Shown here: positions 38,015 to 49,506 of the stretch, in pieces
How the letters are laid out: each line of letters begins with the position of its first letter
Numbering within the stretch: position 1 is the first letter of the stretch
Source of the DNA: a bacterium
GTDB taxonomy: Bacteria; Zhuqueibacterota; Zhuqueibacteria; Residuimicrobiales; Krinioviventaceae
Assembly (NCBI GenBank): GCA_963674595.2
Contig: CAXXFV010000023.1
Coordinates: 320,001-384,000 of the forward strand
DNA: 64,000 nucleotides
Direction: 5' to 3'
Translations under genes and position numbers: made by a program
Notes under the pieces: generated by a model
Told to the model about the DNA's origin: nothing
Database searches by the model: none
What the model saw: the letters and a program-made list of their open reading frames with translations, nothing else

Positions 38015-39127
38015 ATGAGAAAATCACTGGTTTTTTGCGTTTTATTTTTAGGCATATATAGCCATGGTTATAAAAGTATAGCTGGTGAAAAGGAAGTAGA
38101 TAAAATCTGGATTCATCCGCTTTGCAACACTTTACCATCAGACAAAGTTGGACCGTTTGTACGTCTTGAAGACGGTGGTATACTTACTGTTGACGGCAAA
38201 AATGCCTTGGTTAGTCATGATGGGGGCAAAACATGGACTTCTACACCTCTTTTTACTGGTCTTAAAGAGTACAAGGCTAATAAGGAATGTGCCTTGTTAC
38301 GCACGCAAGTGGGTGTAATTATACTCGCATTTTACAACTTGAATGAGATGCTTTGGACCTGGGATAAACGTCTCAATGAACTTGGCCCCGGTGCTCGTTT
38401 ACCGACTTGTGTCATACGCAGTCTTGATGAAGGAAAGACCTGGCAAGATTTGCAGATGCTTCATGAAGAATGGACAGGCGATATACGCGACATGATAGAA
38501 ACAAGCGATGGGCGTGTTATTTTTACATCTCAAAAGGCATTGATGAATCCGACAAGAAACGTCACTATTACCTATTCATCAGATGATCAGGGGGAAACCT
38601 GGGTGCCCGGTAATCTTATTGATCTAGGTGGAAAGGGTGATCATGCCGGCGCTTATGAAGCTACGATTGAGGAGTTAAACGATGGACGGATATGGATGCT
38701 TATTCGAACAAATTTAGACAGATTTTGGGAAGCATTCTCTGATGATGGCGGGAAATACTGGCGTGTCATTCGACCATCGAACATAAAAGCCAGCAGTGCG
38801 CCTGGTATGCTTAAGCGACTTTCCAGTGGCAGGCTGGTGCTTGTGTGGAATCGCTTATATCCGGAGGGAAAAGATAGTTATAAACGCAAAGGTGGTGATG
38901 GCATAACCTCTGAAGTTGCGGCAAGTTGGCATCGTGAAGAGTTATCCATTGCTTTCTCTAAAGATGAAGGAAAGACGTGGAGTAAACCTGTTGTCATTGC
39001 AAAAAAACCGGAAGCATGGTTGTCATATCCATATATCTTTGAGTATCAGCCCGGTGAATTGTGGATTACAACCACGCAGGCTGATGTCCGGATCAAACTA
39101 TCTGAAGAAAAATTTGTTGAACTATAG
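38015..39127 (+). CDS. Secreted BNR/Asp-box sialidase-fold protein
   Basis: SHDGGKTW, SLDEGKTW, SDDQGETW, SDDGGKYW, SKDEGKTW; DHAGAYE, LIRT, WHREEL, SYP. Confidence 0.85.
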   Translation: MRKSLVFCVLFLGIYSHGYKSIAGEKEVDKIWIHPLCNTLPSDKVGPFVRLEDGGILTVDGKNALVSHDGGKTWTSTPLFTGLKEYKANKECALLRTQVGVIILAFYNLNEMLWTWDKRLNELGPGARLPTCVIRSLDEGKTWQDLQMLHEEWTGDIRDMIETSDGRVIFTSQKALMNPTRNVTITYSSDDQGETWVPGNLIDLGGKGDHAGAYEATIEELNDGRIWMLIRTNLDRFWEAFSDDGGKYWRVIRPSNIKASSAPGMLKRLSSGRLVLVWNRLYPEGKDSYKRKGGDGITSEVAASWHREELSIAFSKDEGKTWSKPVVIAKKPEAWLSYPYIFEYQPGELWITTTQADVRIKLSEEKFVEL

Positions 39128-39229
39128 TGATTTGGTGAGTTCTTTTGTCTCGTCAGTACATGAAATAAAAAAATATATTTTAACAAAAGTATCTAAAAAT
39201 AAAAAAGATTAAATAAATGGAATGGAAAA

Positions 39230-40489
39230 TTGAATAATATGATTTATCGAAAATATTTTATTAATGTTAAAATTTTGATTAAAAGTTTTCTAGTCATTCT
39301 AGTCATTTCTTTTAGTAGTTTGACTCTGGCTGAATCACCGGATTGTCAATATATACCAGGACGAATCATTTTGAACATAACTGAAAATCCTGCTGTCAGC
39401 CAATCGGTTGCATGGCGTACTGACGGACAGATAACAAATCCGCAGGCACAGATTTCAATTCCAACTGATGCCTCGGACCTGGTCACAGGAAGCAAAACAT
39501 TTTATGCAACGACTGAAGCGGTTCAGATAGACAGTGAACGAACAGCTTATCATTATACAGTTGTTTTTGATTCGCTAAAGTCGAGTACACTTTACGCTTA
39601 TCGGGTTGGTGTTGAAGACCATTGGAGTGAATGGAATCACTTTAAAACAGCAAATGAAAAATTTGAACCCTATAAATTTGTATACCTTGGTGATCCTCAG
39701 GATGAAGTCAAGTCCATGTGTTCCCGGATTTTTCGTGAATCCTTTAAAAAAGCCCCTGACGCGCGATTTTGGATTATCGGTGGCGATATTGTAAATAAAA
39801 CAGACAAGGATAATGAATGGGGCGAATTTTATTACGCAATGGATTGGATCGCAAAAGTAACACCGCAAGTAATCGTATGCGGTAATCATGCATTTCCCAG
39901 AAAATATGTTAACGGTAAACGTGTTGTTGAATTGTCCCCTTTGTGGCGTCCTCAATTCAAACTTCCTGAAAACGGACCTGATGTAGTAAAAGAAACAGCT
40001 TACTATTATGATTATCAAGGCGTTCGATATATAGTTTTAAACGGAAGAATCGAACTGGATGTACAAGCCCAATGGCTGGAACAGGTTTTAAAAGAAAATA
40101 CACAGCGATGGACGATTGTTTCTATACACCAACCCTGTTATTCAACAGGGTCCGATCGTGACATCCCGCATCAACGTAAACTATTACCGCCTATATTTGA
40201 TAAATATTCCGTCGATCTTGTTTTGTCGGGTCATGATCATGCTTATGGACGTAGTTATAAACTTTATGATGCCAAAGTTGTCAAAGATAATGAAAAAGGA
40301 ACAGTTTATGTGTCGTCTGTCTGTGGACCAAAAGCTTACGAAATAAATAAAAATTTTACACACTTAATGGCAAAATCCGGAACAGACCGTCAGTTATTTC
40401 AGGTCATTAGTATCGATTATAATCGTTTGAAATATGAAGCGTTTAATGCTATTGGAGAATTGTACGATTCTTTTGAATTGGTAAAATGA
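39230..40489 (+). CDS. Purple-acid-phosphatase-like metallophosphoesterase with N-terminal Fn3 domain
   Basis: YAYRVG...WSEW Fn3 domain; GDPQ, GGD, GNH, HQP, GHDH metal motifs; signal peptide. Start may be ATG 39239. Confidence 0.88.
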   Translation: MNNMIYRKYFINVKILIKSFLVILVISFSSLTLAESPDCQYIPGRIILNITENPAVSQSVAWRTDGQITNPQAQISIPTDASDLVTGSKTFYATTEAVQIDSERTAYHYTVVFDSLKSSTLYAYRVGVEDHWSEWNHFKTANEKFEPYKFVYLGDPQDEVKSMCSRIFRESFKKAPDARFWIIGGDIVNKTDKDNEWGEFYYAMDWIAKVTPQVIVCGNHAFPRKYVNGKRVVELSPLWRPQFKLPENGPDVVKETAYYYDYQGVRYIVLNGRIELDVQAQWLEQVLKENTQRWTIVSIHQPCYSTGSDRDIPHQRKLLPPIFDKYSVDLVLSGHDHAYGRSYKLYDAKVVKDNEKGTVYVSSVCGPKAYEINKNFTHLMAKSGTDRQLFQVISIDYNRLKYEAFNAIGELYDSFELVK

Positions 40490-40592
40490 AATATTTAGAA
40501 TTTATATATATTTAAATGAAATTTTAATAATTAATTTAACCGATTTTTTTTATTTACACCCATAACTATTAGTATTTTTAAAGGAGATAAGT

Positions 40593-42779
40593 ATGTTTGG
40601 TCTTCCGATTATAGATATTGTGGTTATTATTGGCTACTTTTTAGTAATAATTTTTATAGGAATGTGGTCGATGCGTCATATTAAAAATCAGGAAGACTAT
40701 TTTCTTGCTGGCAGGCGCTTTGGCAAACTGGTGCAAACTTTTGCAGCTTTCGGACAGGGTACATCCGTAGATACGGCCGTTGGTGTTTCAATGTCTACAT
40801 ATACCAACGGTGCCAGTGGTATTTGGATGTCTTTGTTAATGATTTTTGCCACCCCTATGTATTGGTTAACCTCTCCTTGGTTTCGAAGATTGCGTTTGTT
40901 AACAATGGGTGATTTTTTTGAAGAACGTTACGGTTCAAAACGAATGGCCGCTCTCTATTCAATTGTCGGTACAGTCGGTATGATGGCAGCCATTGCTATT
41001 GCATTTACTGCAATGTCAAAAACAATTGTGGCTATTACACCCAAAGATGTTGATCAATTTACACAGGAAGAACGGATTGAATATCAAAGGGCAATAGAAC
41101 TGGAAAAACTGGAAAGCATTGATTATGCCACTCTTTCCGCTGTGGAACGATCAAAACTCGTGGATTTACAGCTAGAAAATCCACGAAAAATATTCTCTCA
41201 TATTCCTGAAACAGCATTGATCTGGTTTATTTGTTTGGTTGTTATCATATATGCTGCTGCCGGTGGTTTGGAGGCCGCCTTTTTAACGGACTTGCTTCAG
41301 GGTATGTTTATTATTTTTCTTTCCTTACTCATGTTACCTTTTGCCTGGGGAAAGATTAATACGATGTTTGGGGGGCATAATATAAAAGATGCTTTGGAGA
41401 TTATTCATCACAGGCTGCCGGAATCATTTATTGATATAACCGGATCACCGACGGCTATTGATTTTACATGGTATTATATTGCTGCTCTTACATTGATGTC
41501 TGTTATAGGTGTTGTTATAGCACCAAATATGCTGGTTGCAACCGGTTCGGCAAAAGATGAATTTACAGCCCGGGTCGGCTTTACTACCGGAAATTTTATG
41601 AAAAGATTTTGCACGGTTCTGTGGGGTTTGTTTGGTCTGGCCGCTATTGTTCTTTATAGTCAAACAGTCCACAATCCGGATTTTGTATGGGGCTATGCCA
41701 CACGAGATTTGCTTGGACCGTTAAATATGGGTTTGGTGGGTCTTATGATTGCGTGCTTGATGGCAGCGTTAATGTCCACGGCTGATTGTTTAATGATCAC
41801 AGCCTCAAGCTTGCTGACACATAATATTTATCGGCCATTTATCATTGGAAAAAGCGAGCGTCATTATGTTTTAATGGGACGTATCTCCGGTGCTTTGGTT
41901 GTGCTTGGTGGCGCTTTAATCGCTACCCAGTTTGATAGTTTGTTCGTAATTATGAAGTTTGCCTGGGAAATTTATATCGTTGTAACGGCCAGTTTTTGGC
42001 TGGGTATGAAATGGAGACGGGCAAATCGCAAGGCGGCATGGGCTTCTATGATCGCTACTTTACTAGTTTTTTCTTTGGGTCAAATGTTAGTGCCTGCATT
42101 TTTTCCGTCTTTAAGAACCAATCCTGACTTTTTAAAAATGACACATCCTGATCCTCTTACACGGATTTACACAGCTCATGAAATGGATGTGGAAGAAAGA
42201 CAAAGACAGATTGAAAAGTGGGAAGAGCTGGATATGCAGGGTAAAGCAATTAGTCAAAAACCGATGCCTATAAATGTAGGTGAAAAGTTTACAAAAATTG
42301 AAAAGTTGCCTCAAAAGCCAATATACTGGACACAGGGGATAAAAAAAGATAAGGATGGTAATAAATACGGATGTGGTTTTATAAGCCCGGAACTTGTATT
42401 GATTGATAAATTGGGTTTTGATTTAACGAAAAATCCTTTTGCATTAAACGAGACATTGCGAATATTGATTCGAACGATTTTTCCTTTTGCAGTTCTTTTT
42501 TTAGTGGCCTTTTTTACAAAGCCCGATGATAAAAAACGGCTTGATAGATTTTATGCTAAAATGAAAACGCCGGCATTAATAGACCACGAAGAGGATGCAA
42601 AGGAACTGGCTTTATCCTATGAAAATCCACATCGATATGACCATATCAAGTTATTTCCCAATTCTAATTGGGAGCTTTACAAGTGGGATAAAGAGGATAC
42701 GGTTGGCTTTCTTTTATCTGTTGTTGTTTTAATTGCAATTATAGGTATGCTTTATGTTGCTGTAGCAATTGGAGGTTAG
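40593..42779 (+). CDS. Sodium:solute symporter (SSS) family transporter
   Basis: EDYFLAGRRFG, FFEERYGS, GGLEAAFLTDLLQG, AALMST; many TM segments; SD AAGGAG. Confidence 0.92.
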   Translation: MFGLPIIDIVVIIGYFLVIIFIGMWSMRHIKNQEDYFLAGRRFGKLVQTFAAFGQGTSVDTAVGVSMSTYTNGASGIWMSLLMIFATPMYWLTSPWFRRLRLLTMGDFFEERYGSKRMAALYSIVGTVGMMAAIAIAFTAMSKTIVAITPKDVDQFTQEERIEYQRAIELEKLESIDYATLSAVERSKLVDLQLENPRKIFSHIPETALIWFICLVVIIYAAAGGLEAAFLTDLLQGMFIIFLSLLMLPFAWGKINTMFGGHNIKDALEIIHHRLPESFIDITGSPTAIDFTWYYIAALTLMSVIGVVIAPNMLVATGSAKDEFTARVGFTTGNFMKRFCTVLWGLFGLAAIVLYSQTVHNPDFVWGYATRDLLGPLNMGLVGLMIACLMAALMSTADCLMITASSLLTHNIYRPFIIGKSERHYVLMGRISGALVVLGGALIATQFDSLFVIMKFAWEIYIVVTASFWLGMKWRRANRKAAWASMIATLLVFSLGQMLVPAFFPSLRTNPDFLKMTHPDPLTRIYTAHEMDVEERQRQIEKWEELDMQGKAISQKPMPINVGEKFTKIEKLPQKPIYWTQGIKKDKDGNKYGCGFISPELVLIDKLGFDLTKNPFALNETLRILIRTIFPFAVLFLVAFFTKPDDKKRLDRFYAKMKTPALIDHEEDAKELALSYENPHRYDHIKLFPNSNWELYKWDKEDTVGFLLSVVVLIAIIGMLYVAVAIGG

Positions 42780-42845
42780 AAAATACTAAAAATATGATTA
42801 TTATTCATCTGAGTTTACTACTTTACTAACTAATCTGGAGCTGTT

Positions 42846-45108
42846 ATGAAACATTTAAAGTTTTTGTTTTTTGTTTTAATAGTATTTTATATTATAGGGT
42901 GCCATTCTGGATTCAAAAAGAAAGCACCTGTTGATTATGTCAATCCTTTTATCTGTTCCGAGGGAGACCATGGGCACCAGCACCCGGGTGCCTGTGTTCC
43001 GTGGGGAATGGTGGTATTGGGACCGGACACCTATCCCAGCAGTCTGACCGGCAATGGCAACTGGGCGCATTCCGGATATAATTATTCGGATTCTTATGTC
43101 CGCGGTTTTAGTCACATCCGCATTGTTGGTTCCGGTGGAACAAGTATTCGTGACCGTGAAAATATGGTAACTTTGTTGCCGGGAACCGGAAACGCTGAAA
43201 TTAAACCGGAGAAACGGTTCACTCATATTGATAAAAGCACAGAGAAAGCAAGCCCCGGTATTTACAGCGTTGAACTTGACAGTGCACAGATTAAAGTTGA
43301 TCTGTCTGCAACAGCTCATACCGGTTTTCATAAATACACGTTTCCCAAGACGGAACAGGCTTTTATATTTTTTAAAATCGGAAATGCAAGGCGAAAGTCA
43401 GGCGCTTATTTGGAAATCAGTAATGAGAATGAAATTTCCGGATATGATTCCGATCGTTTGTTTTTTTATATTAAAATCGATAAACCTTTCAAAACCGCTT
43501 TAACCTGGAAAGATACAACTTTATTAAAAGAAAATAAAGTTACGGGCGGTTATATTGGTGCTGTTTTTAATTTTGAAACCAAAGAGGACGAGGTCGTTCA
43601 GGCCAAAATCGGTTTTTCCACAGTAAGTATTGAGGATGCCAAAAAGAACCTGGAAGCTGAAATTCCGGATTGGGATTTTGATTTATGCACCGAGCAAGCC
43701 CGAGCTGCCTGGGCAGACCGCTTGGGTGTGGTTGAACTGGAAGGCAATGAAGAGTATAAGCAAATATATTATACCCATTTGTATCAATCCTATATAACAC
43801 CTTGTAATATTACCAACGTTTCTAAAAAGTATACAGGTTCAGACGGCAAGGTCCATGAGGCCGAGGATTATACTTTTTATGCGAATTATTTGTTCTGGGA
43901 CGAATACCGCACAAAATATTCATTGTTGTCTTTGACTCAGCCGGATGTTTATAAAGATATTATACGTTCTTTGCTGGATATTTATGAAAAAGGATTTTTG
44001 ACGAGTCCCTTTCTTGCCTGTAATCATCAGCATATGATCACTGTTATTGCGGATGCACAGGCTAAAGATTGTATTGACCATAGTATTGAAAAAGCCTACC
44101 CAATTATGGTTGATCTGATCAGCAAAAAGCACTTTAGAAGAAAAGGCTATGCAAAGAATAATCTTGCTGAACTCAGAAACAAATTTGGTGAAATCGGTTA
44201 CATTCCAACACGGCCTGATTATACGTTAGAATATTCCTATGATTGCTGGTGTGCTGCTCAACTTGCTAAAAGTATCGGAAAAGAGCAAGATGCCCGTGAG
44301 TACGTGCGGCGGTCAGAATTTTATAAAAATGTATGGGACAGCACTGCTCCATTTTGGCGGGGAGAAGCTGAAAATATTTTTGGTTTTTTTCGGGCCCGGG
44401 ATGAGAATGGCGAATGGCTGGAGTTCCCGCATGATCCGCGTGTGATTGATGAAAAATATGTTTATGAAGGCAGCATGTGGCACTGGCGCTGGTTTGTTCC
44501 TCATGATGTTAAAGGTTTGATTGAGTTGGTAGGCGGCAATGAAAAATTTGTAAAGGATTTGGATTATTTTTTCAGTCATAACCTTTATCAACCGGGCAAC
44601 CAACCGGATTTGCAGTCGCCTTTTATGTTTAATTTTGCCGGTGCACCTTGGTTAACGCAGAAATATGTTCGAAGAATATTAACAGAACCGGTGACAAGCT
44701 ATTTCGGGACCCATGAATTTTTTGATGAACCGATCCATGGCCGTATATTTAAGGCCACTCCGGATGGATATGTGCGTGAGATGGATGATGATTTTGGCTG
44801 TATGTCCGGCTGGTATGTTTTGAGTGCAATGGGTTTATATCCGGTTTGTGTCGGAGATCCTGTATATCAACTTACGGCCCCTATTTTTGAAAAAGTTACG
44901 ATATATCCTGATAAAAAAGCTCACCCGGAAAAGACATTTACGATTATTGCCAACAATTTATCTGCCAAAAATATTTATATTCAATCGGCAACTTTGAACA
45001 ATCAACCTTATAACAAAAGTCAAATTGCCCATAAAGATATTGTAAAGGGAGGAACTTTAATATTTGAAATGGGTGATCAGCCCAATAAAAAATGGGCAAG
45101 TCAAATGA
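42846..45108 (+). CDS. GH92 alpha-mannosidase lipoprotein (read as the N-terminal part of the 42846..46838 ORF)
   Basis: VDYVNPF, PGACVPWGMV, GFSH, WDEYR, TLEYSYDCW, YEG, GNQP, DDDFGCMSGWYVLSAMGLYP, terminal MGDQPNKKW. A TGA lies one base out of frame at 45106-45108. Confidence 0.85.
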
Positions 45109-45146
45109 CTGATATCGCAGGTTTAACGGATTCCATGGAGTATGAA

Positions 45147-46838
45147 ATGGTAAAAAAAAAATTAAATTATAAAATGATTTTATTAATATCTTGTTTTTGT
45201 ATTGGCTTTGCCTTTGCACAAGCACCTCATTCAGATTCTCAAAGTCAGAAAAATTCTGTTTTTAACATAATGGATTTTGGTGCTGTTCCGGATGGTAAGA
45301 CCATAAACACATCAGCTATTCAAAAAGCCATACAAAGTGCTTATGAAAACGGCGGCGGAACGGTTTTTATACCGCCAGGTGTATTCTTGTCCGGGTCTTT
45401 AAAACTTTTTGATAATGTTGTTTTTTATTTGGAAGCAGGTGCAACTATTTTAGGGAGTCGTGATTTAAAAGATTATGATGAAAACCATTTGATCGTTGCA
45501 AGAAATGCAAAGAATATAACAATCACAGGAAGTGGATGCATCAATGGCCAGGGAGACGCTTTTTGGGAGAGTCGTACTGAAGAACCGGAGTGGATGCTTG
45601 GGCGTGCCGAATATGGTTATGTACCTGCTTTTAAATTTCAGGCTAAAAAACGCCCCAAATCAATGATTGCATTTATAGGATGTTCTGATGTAAGATTGGA
45701 AAATATATTCCTTAAAAATTCACCAGCCTGGACAGTACATTTTGTTGCATGTGATTTTGTGAATGTAAAAGGCGTTCGCATCCGAAATCTCGTTCATGGC
45801 TGTAATACGGATGGTTTGGATATTGAGGCATGCCGTGATGTTCTGGTATCGGATTGTGATATTATTGCCGGAGACGATGCAATCGTTTTAAAAAATAAAA
45901 ACACAGAGAATTTAAAACGAACATGCCGAAATATAACTGTTACAAATTGTCTACTTGCTACGACCTGTAATGGTTTTAAAATAGGTACCGAAACTCAGGC
46001 TGATTTTGAAAATATCATCTTTACTAATTCTGTCATTAAAAGAGTGGAAGAATTTGAGTTGCAAACAGAAATTGCACCGGAAATGATAACCAATGAAAAG
46101 CCGGAAAACCTGGGACCCTTGGGCGGAGTTGCTCTGGAAACGGTTGACGGCTGCCATGTTCATAATATTGTTATTTCAAATTTGGTGATGGATGGTGTTC
46201 GTGCACCGATATTTATAAGGCTTGGTAACCGGGGCAGAGGGCAGACCTCAGAGCCTACCATACCGGGCAAATTATCAGATATTTTAATTGAAAACATTAT
46301 TGCGAAAAATGCTTCAATTACTTCTTCCATTACAGGCCTGCCAAATTATCCGGTTGAAAATGTGACCATAAAAAATGTAAAAATCACTGCTGCCGGTGGC
46401 GGCACAAAAAAAATGACTGAACGTACGATACCTGAAGAAGAGAAAAAAGGTCCCGATTCTATTATGTTCGGACCGTTACCGGCCAGTGGTCTTTTTTGCC
46501 GGCATGTAACAGGACTTGAATTACGTGATATTCAAATACCGTTTGACCAGAAAGAAGAACGACCACTATTGTGGTGTGACGATGTTTCGGATCTGGTCGT
46601 TGAAAATTTGAAATCAAATCAATATCTTTTTAGTGATCGTTTTATTCATTTCAATAATGTACGTAACGGACAGTTTTTTAATTCAGCCTATGCTGCAAAT
46701 GTAAAGCGACTTTTGAAAATAGACGGTCCTTTATCTGAGAATATTTATATCGCTTTATATAACTGGAATAAAAATCAGACACCATTTGAATTAACCGATC
46801 AGGTTTCGGATAAAATAGTTGGTTTTGTTAACTTTTAG
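45147..46838 (+). CDS. GH28-like parallel beta-helix glycoside hydrolase (in frame with the upstream GH92 but with its own SD and signal peptide)
   Basis: GGAG at 45137-45140, ATG 45147, MVKKKLNYKMILLISCFCIGFAFA|Q; FNIMDFGAVPDG, NSPAWTVH, NTDGLD, GDDAI, GFKIGTE. Confidence 0.82.
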   Translation: MVKKKLNYKMILLISCFCIGFAFAQAPHSDSQSQKNSVFNIMDFGAVPDGKTINTSAIQKAIQSAYENGGGTVFIPPGVFLSGSLKLFDNVVFYLEAGATILGSRDLKDYDENHLIVARNAKNITITGSGCINGQGDAFWESRTEEPEWMLGRAEYGYVPAFKFQAKKRPKSMIAFIGCSDVRLENIFLKNSPAWTVHFVACDFVNVKGVRIRNLVHGCNTDGLDIEACRDVLVSDCDIIAGDDAIVLKNKNTENLKRTCRNITVTNCLLATTCNGFKIGTETQADFENIIFTNSVIKRVEEFELQTEIAPEMITNEKPENLGPLGGVALETVDGCHVHNIVISNLVMDGVRAPIFIRLGNRGRGQTSEPTIPGKLSDILIENIIAKNASITSSITGLPNYPVENVTIKNVKITAAGGGTKKMTERTIPEEEKKGPDSIMFGPLPASGLFCRHVTGLELRDIQIPFDQKEERPLLWCDDVSDLVVENLKSNQYLFSDRFIHFNNVRNGQFFNSAYAANVKRLLKIDGPLSENIYIALYNWNKNQTPFELTDQVSDKIVGFVNF

Positions 46839-46897
46839 TACGACGGATGATATTATTCATTTAAAATTTTTTGTTTAATAAAAGATAAGGAACTCAC

Positions 46898-48631
46898 ATG
46901 CAGGTAATCGATTATTCAATTGTTGGAATTTATCTAATTGCATTAATTCTTTTCGGATTTTATTTACGTAAAAAAGCAACTCAGGGAATGGATGAATATT
47001 TTTTAGGGGGCAGAAAAATACCATGGTGGATTCTTGGTATTTCCGGAATGGCTTCTAATCTTGATATGACCGGCACAATGGTCATTATTTCATTTTTTTA
47101 TATTATCGGAGTTAAAGGTTTTCTTATCGAGCTTCGCGGCGGAGTTTGCCTGGCTATGGCTTTTTTTATGATCATTATCGGAAAATGGCATAGCCGTGCA
47201 GGTGTTATGACTGTTGCTGAATGGATGGAATTCAGGTTTGGTAAGGGACGACAAGGTGAAATAGCCAGATTGTTAAGTACAATTGCAACGGTTATTACGA
47301 CAATTGGAATGGTCGCTTACTTTTTTGTCGGCACAGGAAAATTCCTCTCAATGTTCTTGCCTTTTTCTCCTCTTGTTTGTTCTTTGATTATGATAGCAAT
47401 CGCATTGTTTTATACGGCGTTGAGCGGCATATATGGCGTGGCATATACGGATTTAATTCAGTCTCTGTTAATTGGATTTGCTACCGTTTTTATTTCAATA
47501 AAGGCATTTTTAACTGTAGATTTTCAAACTATCCAATCAATGACGTCTGTTGGATGGACTGAAGTGTTGCCGTCATGGAGGATGGATATGCCGTCTGGTT
47601 ATGAAATATATAACCTGTTTGGTCTTTCCGTTGTCTTTTATTTTTTAAAAGTATTTATAGAAGGTTTTGGCGGTCCACAAGGCTATATGGCGCAGCGTTA
47701 TTTTTCAGTAAAAACAGACCGGGAGGCCGGTTTAATGTCTGCATTCTGGACCACTCTTTTATCATTTCGCTGGCCTTTTATTATCGCCGTTGCTCTGTTA
47801 GGATTAACACTCGGTACCAAAGTGCAGGATCCTGAAATGGTGCTGCCGATGGTTCTGGTTTATTTAATACCAACTGGAATCAAGGGCCTTGTTATTGCCG
47901 CATTGATTGCGGCTGCTATGTCGACTTTTGATTCGACAATAAATGCAGGCGCTTCTTATTTAATAAATGATGTGTATTATAAATACATGAATCCAAAAGC
48001 CACTGAAAAACAACTAATAAATGCCAGTTATGTTGCATCAACTTTAATTGTGGTTGTTGGAATTATTATCGGAGTAATTACACCAACTATTAATACAATA
48101 TGGGGATGGATAACGATGAGCCTGGGGGCGGGTATGATTATTCCGCTTTTTGTACGTTGGTATTGGTGGCGATTAAACGGATATGGTTTCGCGATTGGAA
48201 CCGGAGCTGGTATTGTGGGTGCAATTTTACAGAAAGCATTCTTCCCGTTTTGGCCGGAATGGGCGGCATTTCTTGTCGTTAGTTTTATTTCTCTTGCCGG
48301 TATGCTGATTGCCACTTTATTAACAGAAGCGACACCAAAAGAAGTGCTGGAAAATTTTTATTTTAAAACGCGCCCTTTTGGATTTTGGGGACACATTAGG
48401 AAAAGTTTTAACCAGGAGATTATCCTCTCTGTTAAAAAGGAAACCCGTTGTGATCTGATTTCATTGGTTTTTGCAATACCATGGCATATTTCATTATTCT
48501 TGACCCCAATTCATTTTGTATTACATCATTGGTCCCGGTTTTATATTTTTCTGGCAATCTTGATTGTTTCATCAATTGGTTTATATTTCTTTTGGTACAA
48601 GAATTTAAACAAAAACGTAATAACTGAATAG
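46898..48631 (+). CDS. Second sodium:solute symporter (SSS) family transporter
   Basis: DEYFLGGRKIPWW, EFRFG, GVAYTDLIQ, AQRY, AAAMSTFDS, RWYWWRLN. Confidence 0.92.
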   Translation: MQVIDYSIVGIYLIALILFGFYLRKKATQGMDEYFLGGRKIPWWILGISGMASNLDMTGTMVIISFFYIIGVKGFLIELRGGVCLAMAFFMIIIGKWHSRAGVMTVAEWMEFRFGKGRQGEIARLLSTIATVITTIGMVAYFFVGTGKFLSMFLPFSPLVCSLIMIAIALFYTALSGIYGVAYTDLIQSLLIGFATVFISIKAFLTVDFQTIQSMTSVGWTEVLPSWRMDMPSGYEIYNLFGLSVVFYFLKVFIEGFGGPQGYMAQRYFSVKTDREAGLMSAFWTTLLSFRWPFIIAVALLGLTLGTKVQDPEMVLPMVLVYLIPTGIKGLVIAALIAAAMSTFDSTINAGASYLINDVYYKYMNPKATEKQLINASYVASTLIVVVGIIIGVITPTINTIWGWITMSLGAGMIIPLFVRWYWWRLNGYGFAIGTGAGIVGAILQKAFFPFWPEWAAFLVVSFISLAGMLIATLLTEATPKEVLENFYFKTRPFGFWGHIRKSFNQEIILSVKKETRCDLISLVFAIPWHISLFLTPIHFVLHHWSRFYIFLAILIVSSIGLYFFWYKNLNKNVITE

Positions 48632-48645
48632 AGAGAGGTAATAAT

Positions 48646-49479
48646 ATGAATTATAGTAGATTGAGCCTGAAAATTTTTGCTTTGTGTTTGACCGGGATAA
48701 TTCTTTTTGGATGCAACGGACAAAAAGCGCCGAAAAAATTCATCCTTATCGCTCATCGTGGTGTTGTCGGTGAGGGAGTAATTGAAAACAGCCTGGCTTC
48801 GACGGAAGAAACGATAAATGAAGGCTATACCCATGTTGAAGTGGATTTACGTTGTATGAAAGACGGTACAATTATTTGTTTTCATGACCGCACGTTAAAG
48901 AGGGTGTTTGGAATTGACAAAGATATCACACAACTAACTCTTGACGAATTAAATGAATTGGCGGCAAATACAGATGCAGGATCCATTCCTACGTTTGAAG
49001 AATTTTGTTCCAATATTCAGGGGCGTCTCAACCTGATGCCTGATGTTAAAAATTGTAAACCGGAACAGACTGAGCAATATGTTTCAGACATTGTTCGGAT
49101 ACTTGAAAAGTATGGTTTGCTACAGGATGCACTGATAATAGGCAGTAAAGAAATTTTACCCAAGTTTTATGGCAAGGGTAGAATAGCCTGGAGAGACAGA
49201 CTGGCAGAGGCACAGAAATCAGAAAAGGCTCACAACAATCCGGCAAAATATTTTTTCATTTTTAATCATGGTGAACATTTTGACAAAACAGAAATCGACG
49301 GATTTCACAAAATGGGGTTACCGGTTATTGTCAGTATTAATACCTGGCATTATCCCGATGATGATCCCGGACTTGAAAGTGGTAAGGCAGATATCAAACG
49401 TTTAATTGAGTTGGGCGTCGATGGTTTGCAGCTTGATTCTCAATACGGAGATTTTGCGTTTTCCTGTTTGAAAAAATAA
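48646..49479 (+). CDS. Second glycerophosphodiester phosphodiesterase-family lipoprotein
   Basis: Lipobox LFGC; IAHRG, ENS, VEVDLR...ICFHD, IPTF, GVDGLQLD; paralog of 32545..33405. Confidence 0.88.
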   Translation: MNYSRLSLKIFALCLTGIILFGCNGQKAPKKFILIAHRGVVGEGVIENSLASTEETINEGYTHVEVDLRCMKDGTIICFHDRTLKRVFGIDKDITQLTLDELNELAANTDAGSIPTFEEFCSNIQGRLNLMPDVKNCKPEQTEQYVSDIVRILEKYGLLQDALIIGSKEILPKFYGKGRIAWRDRLAEAQKSEKAHNNPAKYFFIFNHGEHFDKTEIDGFHKMGLPVIVSINTWHYPDDDPGLESGKADIKRLIELGVDGLQLDSQYGDFAFSCLKK

Positions 49480-49506
49480 TATATTGAACAAGAGTAAGAG
49501 TCAGCC

